Of a stretch of DNA of 64,000 nt, positions 58,625-64,000 are shown piece by piece. Every line of letters starts with the position of its first letter. Positions within the stretch are counted from its first letter, which is position 1. The translations under genes and the position numbers were made by a program. The stretch spans positions 20,362 through 84,361 of the IMG/VR virus record IMGVR_UViG_3300025519_000052, one strand, 5' to 3'. This DNA comes from a virus (Duplodnaviria; Caudoviricetes). The notes beneath the pieces were generated by a model, which did not search any database, had not been told where the DNA came from, and worked only from the letters and a program-made list of their open reading frames with translations.

Positions 58625-58897
58625 ATGAAGGAGTGCAAAAAAATGGTTGAAACAAAAACTTTATATTGTGATGAAAATTTCAGATATGCATTTTTAAGCC
58701 GTTTAAAATTAGATTGTGATTATTTTTTAGCACACGGTAACAAAAATGAAAAACACTTATGGGCTGGAAATGTAACGGAGCAAATTAAAGAAATGGAAGA
58801 ACTATGGAAAAGTTTTCCAGAGGGTGAAAAGCCAGAATGGCTTACATGGGAAGATATACAAAATTATAAAATAAAAATGAAAGGGGGAATTTTTTAA
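58625..58897 (+). CDS. LPD11-domain protein
   Basis: LSRLKLDCDYFL...KHLWAG...QIKEM...EKPEWLTWEDI. Confidence 0.75.
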   Translation: MKECKKMVETKTLYCDENFRYAFLSRLKLDCDYFLAHGNKNEKHLWAGNVTEQIKEMEELWKSFPEGEKPEWLTWEDIQNYKIKMKGGIF

Positions 58898-58997
58898 AAA
58901 GCAAGAATAATTTCAATCCATGCCCCCCTTACATGGGGGGATAATATTGCATTAAAATTTTAGGTCTGAAAATATTAAAGAAAAAATTAAAAAAACA

Positions 58998-59028
58998 TAT
59001 TTACATGTAAATACACTCGCGTTATAAT
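58998..59028 (+). promoter_or_regulatory. Second sigmaA promoter with the same palindromic operator
   Basis: TATTTACATGTAAATA; TTTACA-N17-TATAAT. Confidence 0.75.
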
Positions 59029-59051
59029 TAAATCATAAGGAAAAAGGAGAA

Positions 59052-59288
59052 ATGAATATGAACGTGAAGGTTATGAAATCAAGGAATAGAGAAGAAATCA
59101 GAAAAAACTTTTTAGAATTTAAACGTGCATGAGTTGATCCCATGGCAATGTTTTATCCGACTTCGCTTACGCTAATCGATGACGGGGCTGTGCAAATTAA
59201 TGACGATGCGAATATTTACAGGGTAACGTTAGATCAAGCTATTCACATCATGGCATCGTCATCCAGCCTGTCATTTGAATGCAATTAA
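59052..59288 (+). pseudogene. 78-codon ORF interrupted by an in-frame TGA
   Basis: AAGGAGA RBS, ATG at 59052, TGA at 59130-59132, then 51 more sense codons to TAA at 59286-59288. Confidence 0.45.
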
Positions 59289-59317
59289 ATTGTAAGGAAT
59301 TAAGAGGGAGAATGAAA

Positions 59318-59650
59318 ATGACTAAAATTGTAAACTTAACACCTTACACAATCGTTGTGCGAATTGGAGAAACCGAAAAATCTTTCCCGACATCTGGAAC
59401 GATCGCAAGAGTTACAAGTGAAATAAAAGAAGTCGGCACAATTGCCGGCATTCCGGTAAAGTCTCAAATTTTTAGTGAAGTGGAAGGACTGCCAAAACCG
59501 GAAGAAAGAACAGTATATATTGTCTTCTCCGAATTAATTTTATCCCGTGCAAAAGAAGCCGGGCGGACGGACGTTGTGACTATTAACACGACCGAAGCAT
59601 ACTGGAATGAAAGGAACAAAATTGTTGTTGTTCCGGGATTTATAAAATAA
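59318..59650 (+). CDS. Hypothetical phage protein
   Basis: MTKIVNLTPYTI...SGTIARV...GLPKPEE motif. Confidence 0.7.
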   Translation: MTKIVNLTPYTIVVRIGETEKSFPTSGTIARVTSEIKEVGTIAGIPVKSQIFSEVEGLPKPEERTVYIVFSELILSRAKEAGRTDVVTINTTEAYWNERNKIVVVPGFIK

Positions 59651-59672
59651 GTCCGAAAAGGAGAATGAAAAA

Positions 59673-60056
59673 ATGAAAACAACTCGGACATTTCGAATCG
59701 ATGTAGATCTAGCTGAACGGTTTAGCCGTGTCACTGATGTACTTATGGTGAATGGTAGTGAAGTCATTCGTAAGTTAATGGAAAAATATGTAGAGGAAAA
59801 AGAGAAAGAATTAAAAGTAAAAGTTGAAAAAACTATCGAAATGCGGGATAACTTTCCAAATGATGGTGAATCATATACTGTCGGAAAGGCAGAAAATGGA
59901 AAATATTTCTTTGCATGGGGATCAGAATATCCGTATGCGGTCGAATTGCCGAGTTATGACATTCCAGATGAAGAGAATGGGATAAGCTGGTATGATACTG
60001 AAAAGCAAGCCATGTCTGAAATGAAATCAGCTATAGAAGCTTGGAATACAAAATAA
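59673..60056 (+). CDS. Ribbon-helix-helix-like protein with C-terminal extension
   Basis: TRTFRIDVDLAERF...SEVIRKLMEKYV. Confidence 0.65.
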   Translation: MKTTRTFRIDVDLAERFSRVTDVLMVNGSEVIRKLMEKYVEEKEKELKVKVEKTIEMRDNFPNDGESYTVGKAENGKYFFAWGSEYPYAVELPSYDIPDEENGISWYDTEKQAMSEMKSAIEAWNTK

Positions 60057-60150
60057 ATAGTATGTAATATAAAATAAAAACGGTTCAAATAACGGCATTT
60101 ATTATGCCATTATAATACCATAAATTACTATACATAGGAGGAAAATTAGA

Positions 60151-60738
60151 ATGAGTAAAGAAGCAAAAACTAAAAAACCGTTTTATAAAAAATGGTGGTT
60201 CTGGGTTATTGCTGTATTTATTGTTGCTGGAGCAATAGCCTCAAATGGAGAAAATGATGATTCTAAGGATAGCAAGAGTACTGCTGCTTCATCGACTAAA
60301 GCCGAATCTAAAAAAGAATATAAAATTGGTGATACTGTTAAAGTTGGTGACATGCAATACAAAGTTGAAAAAACATCAACTACTAAAAAGGTTGGCCCAA
60401 CAGACTTACAGGATACAGCGAACGGTATATTTTTTGTCATAGACTTAAAAATAAAGAATAACGGAAATGAATCCGTAACAGTTGACTCCAGCTTTTTTAA
60501 TTTAAAGCTCGGATCTAAGACTTACAAAGCTGATGCTGATGCAAGTATGGATGCTAACCAAAAAGAAGATGGATCCATTGATAACAGCTTTTTCCTACAG
60601 GATTTAAATCCAGGATCAGAAATGAGCGGAAAAGTTGTTTTTGATATTCCTGAAGATGTCGCTAATTCTTCTGATCTAAAAGTACAAGTCCAAACAGGTG
60701 CTTTTGGTACAGAAACAGAAAACATCAATTTGAAATAA
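60151..60738 (+). CDS. DUF4352-type membrane-anchored protein
   Basis: KPFYKKWWFW TM segment, YKIGDTVKVG, IKNNGNES, LNPG...GKVVFDIP. Confidence 0.85.
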   Translation: MSKEAKTKKPFYKKWWFWVIAVFIVAGAIASNGENDDSKDSKSTAASSTKAESKKEYKIGDTVKVGDMQYKVEKTSTTKKVGPTDLQDTANGIFFVIDLKIKNNGNESVTVDSSFFNLKLGSKTYKADADASMDANQKEDGSIDNSFFLQDLNPGSEMSGKVVFDIPEDVANSSDLKVQVQTGAFGTETENINLK

Positions 60739-60831
60739 TCATTTTCCTCCTCAATTATGAGGAGGACTCTTTTATAAATAAAATAAATCAGGTTTTTACC
60801 TACTATATTTTTGTACATGGAGTGACTAAAT

Positions 60832-61266
60832 ATGAAATATAAAAATGTTGCTACTTATCTTAAAAAATTCCATAATGCCAAGGCTGTTATGGAATATACT
60901 GAGTTAGTAGACGGGATGACAATGGTGTGGGTAGAATTCACGGCATTATTAAATAACCTAGAATTAGTTAAGTATGAAACAACGGCAACAGAAATAGAGG
61001 CTACTTTATATGGACCAGATAGAAATATAATTGATGACGCCGAAAGAAATTTTGCCATAATGAAATACCAGCGCGAACATCCTTATGCAATGCATAACCT
61101 GATAAAAAACATGGAATTTGAAAAAATAACCGATAAAGTAAAAATGATGTCGGCATACCGTGAATTTGCCGAACGGTTTGAAAATAAAGAACCAGATACT
61201 GCAAAAGCAATTAAAAAGAAAATTGAAGAACTGGAATATGCTTTATCTAAAAAATCAGGACACTAA
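60832..61266 (+). CDS. Hypothetical protein
   Basis: GGAG RBS; 144-aa ORF. Confidence 0.6.
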   Translation: MKYKNVATYLKKFHNAKAVMEYTELVDGMTMVWVEFTALLNNLELVKYETTATEIEATLYGPDRNIIDDAERNFAIMKYQREHPYAMHNLIKNMEFEKITDKVKMMSAYREFAERFENKEPDTAKAIKKKIEELEYALSKKSGH

Positions 61267-61562
61267 TCAGAATAAAATAATTAAAAACTGTTATGCTTTT
61301 ATTTTCTCGACAGTTTTTACAAATACATGGACAATTGGGAACACCTAATAGCAAAAATTGGCTCATTTTGTCTATATCCCTGAAAAAATTTTTTGCTTTT
61401 TTGCTTAAAACCATTTACACCTCTATGTTGTCTATGGTATAATAGAAATATAAGAGAGAGATAAAAAATAAATATTAATATTAAAAGCAATGTAAAGAAA
61501 CACTTAAAAAATGGGAAGATGAATACTAGTTTTTCAAAAATGCAAAAATAAAGGGGAAAGAT

Positions 61563-62225
61563 ATGGATTTAACCGGATGCATATTTTATGACCTTAAGGT
61601 AAAAGGCCGACACAATAAAAAGTTATATAATGAGACCGCCTGGGTGTGTGAGTGTGTTTGTGGAAATATTACTCATGCAACAACAAGTCAATTGCTCTAT
61701 GGTAAAAAGAAATCCTGCGGATGTCGCCGCAAAAAGACACCTTCTAATGCACTGGACTTAACCGGAAAAAAGATTGGCAAATTAACTGTTATCAAAAGAA
61801 ATGGTACTAACAAAAATGGAAATGCACTTTGGTTTTGTCAATGTGAGTGCGGAAGTACAATAGAAACAAGTGCAACAAAATTACGACGTGGTGAGACAAT
61901 ATCTTGTGGCAAATGCACAAAAAATGACCAAATTAAACATGCTCGTGAGGATCTCATGACAAATAAAACGATTGATGGTGTGCAAGTCCCTTTATTGACA
62001 AAAAAAGTTCGCAGTGACAGCATATCCGGATATAAAGGCGTCCATAGACGACTACGCAATGGCAAAGAAAAATTTGAAGTGACCATTACTATAAAAGGAA
62101 AAAGAAAATATATTGGTACATATAGAAAACTTGATGATGCCATCAAAGCTCGAAAAGCAGCTGAAAAAGAATACTTTGAACCCTATATTAAGGCATTAAA
62201 AGAAAGAGAAAGGAAACAAGAATAA
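61563..62225 (+). CDS. AP2-domain protein (homing-endonuclease-derived, no HNH core seen)
   Basis: Two DLTG...W.C.C.CG repeats and AP2 (SGYKGV...YIGTY...AIKARKAAE). Confidence 0.82.
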   Translation: MDLTGCIFYDLKVKGRHNKKLYNETAWVCECVCGNITHATTSQLLYGKKKSCGCRRKKTPSNALDLTGKKIGKLTVIKRNGTNKNGNALWFCQCECGSTIETSATKLRRGETISCGKCTKNDQIKHAREDLMTNKTIDGVQVPLLTKKVRSDSISGYKGVHRRLRNGKEKFEVTITIKGKRKYIGTYRKLDDAIKARKAAEKEYFEPYIKALKERERKQE

Positions 62226-62644
62226 TGGAGAAACAACGTGTGAACATGGACATAGACAAAGAATTGTGGAAAAAAGTTGGAATAAGAGCAATCGAACTAA
62301 ATTTACAAAAGAGGGAAGTTGTTGAATTGGCACTTGAAAAATTTTTGCAAGAGGGGGATTTTAAGAAAATGAAAACCAATTATGGAAAAACAATGATAAA
62401 TGGAAAAATTTACAAATTGACAGAAGAAGCTTTTCCAACAAATCGCATCCTTGGTGCTCCCTATAAAGATTATAATGATGCAGAATGTGGTGAAGAATAC
62501 AATTTTGAAATGGGTGCAAAAGCTGTCGATCCAGATGGAAAAGAATGCATGGTATATTGGATTTTTCAAGATATTAAATGTGATGAACAAAAGGATTTAG
62601 ATGACTACGATTACAGCGAGGCAGATAATATTAAATATTTATAA
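62225..62644 (+). CDS. RHH-like N-terminus fused to a hypothetical domain (internal RBS/ATG near 62368)
   Basis: RVNMDIDKELWKKV...REVVELAL; second RBS GAGGGG before MKTNYG. Confidence 0.55.
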   Translation: MEKQRVNMDIDKELWKKVGIRAIELNLQKREVVELALEKFLQEGDFKKMKTNYGKTMINGKIYKLTEEAFPTNRILGAPYKDYNDAECGEEYNFEMGAKAVDPDGKECMVYWIFQDIKCDEQKDLDDYDYSEADNIKYL

Positions 62645-62728
62645 TAATTTATAAAAAAATAGAGAGCCCCCGCAAATGCAAGGGCTTTTTGTTATTCCTT
62701 GTGGATTCTTATTATTGCCATCTTCGGC

Positions 62729-64000
62729 TTATTTTACGCGCAGCTTTTGGCCAACTCTGATAAGATTAGGGTTTTTGATACCGTTTAGACTTACCAGACG
62801 GTTGACAGATGTCTTATATTTAGCTGCAATGCCGGACAATGTGTCTCCAGATTTAACTGTGTAATACTGCTTTGTAGAGACACTGCCGGAGATTTTTAGC
62901 TTTTGCCCCGCATAAATTTTATTGGGATTACTGATGCCGTTTAATTTTTGCAGGGTTGCGACGCTTGTGCCGTATTTTGCCGCAATGCCGGACAGTGTAT
63001 CTCCACGCTTAACCGTGTATGTTTTAACCGTTGTACTGGTTGACTTGGCCGCCGAACTGGATGTTGTCAGCTTACTGCTTGTGGTGTTCACTTTTGCCGG
63101 CTTGACACCGGATTTTAATTTGCTGAGAAGCGCCAAGTTTTGGGCGGCTGTTCCGGTGTAGTTTGTTATGCCATACTGCTTAGCCAACTTAGCACGAGCA
63201 CTGAATGTTGCACTCTTGCCCTTGGATTTTAGATAATCAACCAGGCTCAAGGATCCGATCTTTTTAACTACGCCTGTGTTGGTTGCGTTGTCGACTTTAG
63301 CAACGTTTGTGTACTTACCGGCATAGTCCTGGCTCACGTCAAAGTAGCCGGGAATCCCAGCAAACTTGTATGTGCTGGACCATTGCCAAGCCCCTTTCTG
63401 TCCATTGTACCAGACTGGTGTCGGCTGGCCTGTTTCCGGATAAAGTGGGTACCTGGCAAGCCAAGGTTTATCTACTGCTAATTGACCTGGTTTTAAGTAC
63501 GTATTATAAAATGAGCTACCGGTATACAAATCTACCTTTGAATAGCCTAAAGATTTCATCGTACTGATAAACGTATTTGTATATTTTGTGAGATTGCTAG
63601 AACCTACACTTTCAAGCGAGCCATCCTCTACATCCACAACTACATAACCATCCTTTTGCTTATCAAATCCTACTAACTTAAGCTTTTTATCAAACCATTT
63701 GGCTTCTGATTTAGCTTGAGAATTACTTGTAAAATGTGCATAATGATAAGCGTTAACGATCATTCCTGCTTGCTTAGCATTAGCCACGTTGACAGATGCA
63801 GCAGGATCTACATATGTTTGTCCCTCACTGACTTTAACTACAACTGAGTTAATGCCGCCAGCTTTCATAGTTTGGTAGAAAGATAATGGCAAGCCCTGTT
63901 CAGCATTATGGTGGCTTACGTCAATAAAATCAATATTTGGCGTTGCTGCAAATGATGTGCCGGCAAAAGAAAACGCCAACCCTGCAGATAGGGCCAGCGC
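62729..64000 (-). CDS. GH25 muramidase endolysin with cell-wall-binding and two LysM domains; signal peptide; start lies beyond the window
   Basis: IDVSHH, VKVSEG, VDVE, YTG, WLARY, WQWS; [13 protein letters not shown] twice; [18 protein letters not shown] hydrophobic leader. Confidence 0.92.
   Translation of the reverse strand, partial: ALALSAGLAFSFAGTSFAATPNIDFIDVSHHNAEQGLPLSFYQTMKAGGINSVVVKVSEGQTYVDPAASVNVANAKQAGMIVNAYHYAHFTSNSQAKSEAKWFDKKLKLVGFDKQKDGYVVVDVEDGSLESVGSSNLTKYTNTFISTMKSLGYSKVDLYTGSSFYNTYLKPGQLAVDKPWLARYPLYPETGQPTPVWYNGQKGAWQWSSTYKFAGIPGYFDVSQDYAGKYTNVAKVDNATNTGVVKKIGSLSLVDYLKSKGKSATFSARAKLAKQYGITNYTGTAAQNLALLSKLKSGVKPAKVNTTSSKLTTSSSAAKSTSTTVKTYTVKRGDTLSGIAAKYGTSVATLQKLNGISNPNKIYAGQKLKISGSVSTKQYYTVKSGDTLSGIAAKYKTSVNRLVSLNGIKNPNLIRVGQKLRVK

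Noticed and set aside
19823-59132. Genome-wide TGA recoding
   Set aside because: Many intact genes terminate in TGA at expected positions, and no UCA-anticodon tRNA is present.
1615-63567. Numerous short ORFs antisense to or overlapping long genes in the six-frame track
   Set aside because: Shadow ORFs without RBS or motifs.

Overview
The window is the non-structural part of an AT-rich, SPbeta-like siphophage of a Bacillaceae host that looks like a temperate phage-plasmid. The left end holds minus-strand packaging genes (portal, TerL, TerS, HNH). The right end holds a minus-strand endolysin. If the genome is circular, almost all early and middle genes therefore lie in view. No integrase or classical CI/Cro switch is visible. 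Instead there is a RepA_N-type initiator with intragenic iterons, a ParM/ParR partition pair and a countertranscript promoter/terminator. The phage encodes an SPbeta-style replisome (SSB, Sak4-like AAA, helicase, primase, RecJ, DnaE split by a 306-nt group I intron), a two-subunit type II topoisomerase, a large nucleotide-metabolism set, two DNA methyltransferases, ArdA and exclusion-type lipoproteins. Four observations stand out. (1) A ~75-nt sigmaA-driven small RNA (47157->47083) has a 5' tail and a terminator loop complementary to the translation-initiation regions of many phage genes; it is a candidate RNA-based lysogeny repressor. (2) The ThyA homolog has Asp at the Asn177 specificity position, which predicts a dCMP rather than dUMP substrate. 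(3) About 26 copies of a YTTACR-N14-GATATAA promoter occur, and the phage sigma gene sits behind both a LexA box and one of these promoters. (4) A candidate ~320-nt pseudoknotted ncRNA lies upstream of the packaging genes. All family calls come from motif recognition by eye; no searches were run.
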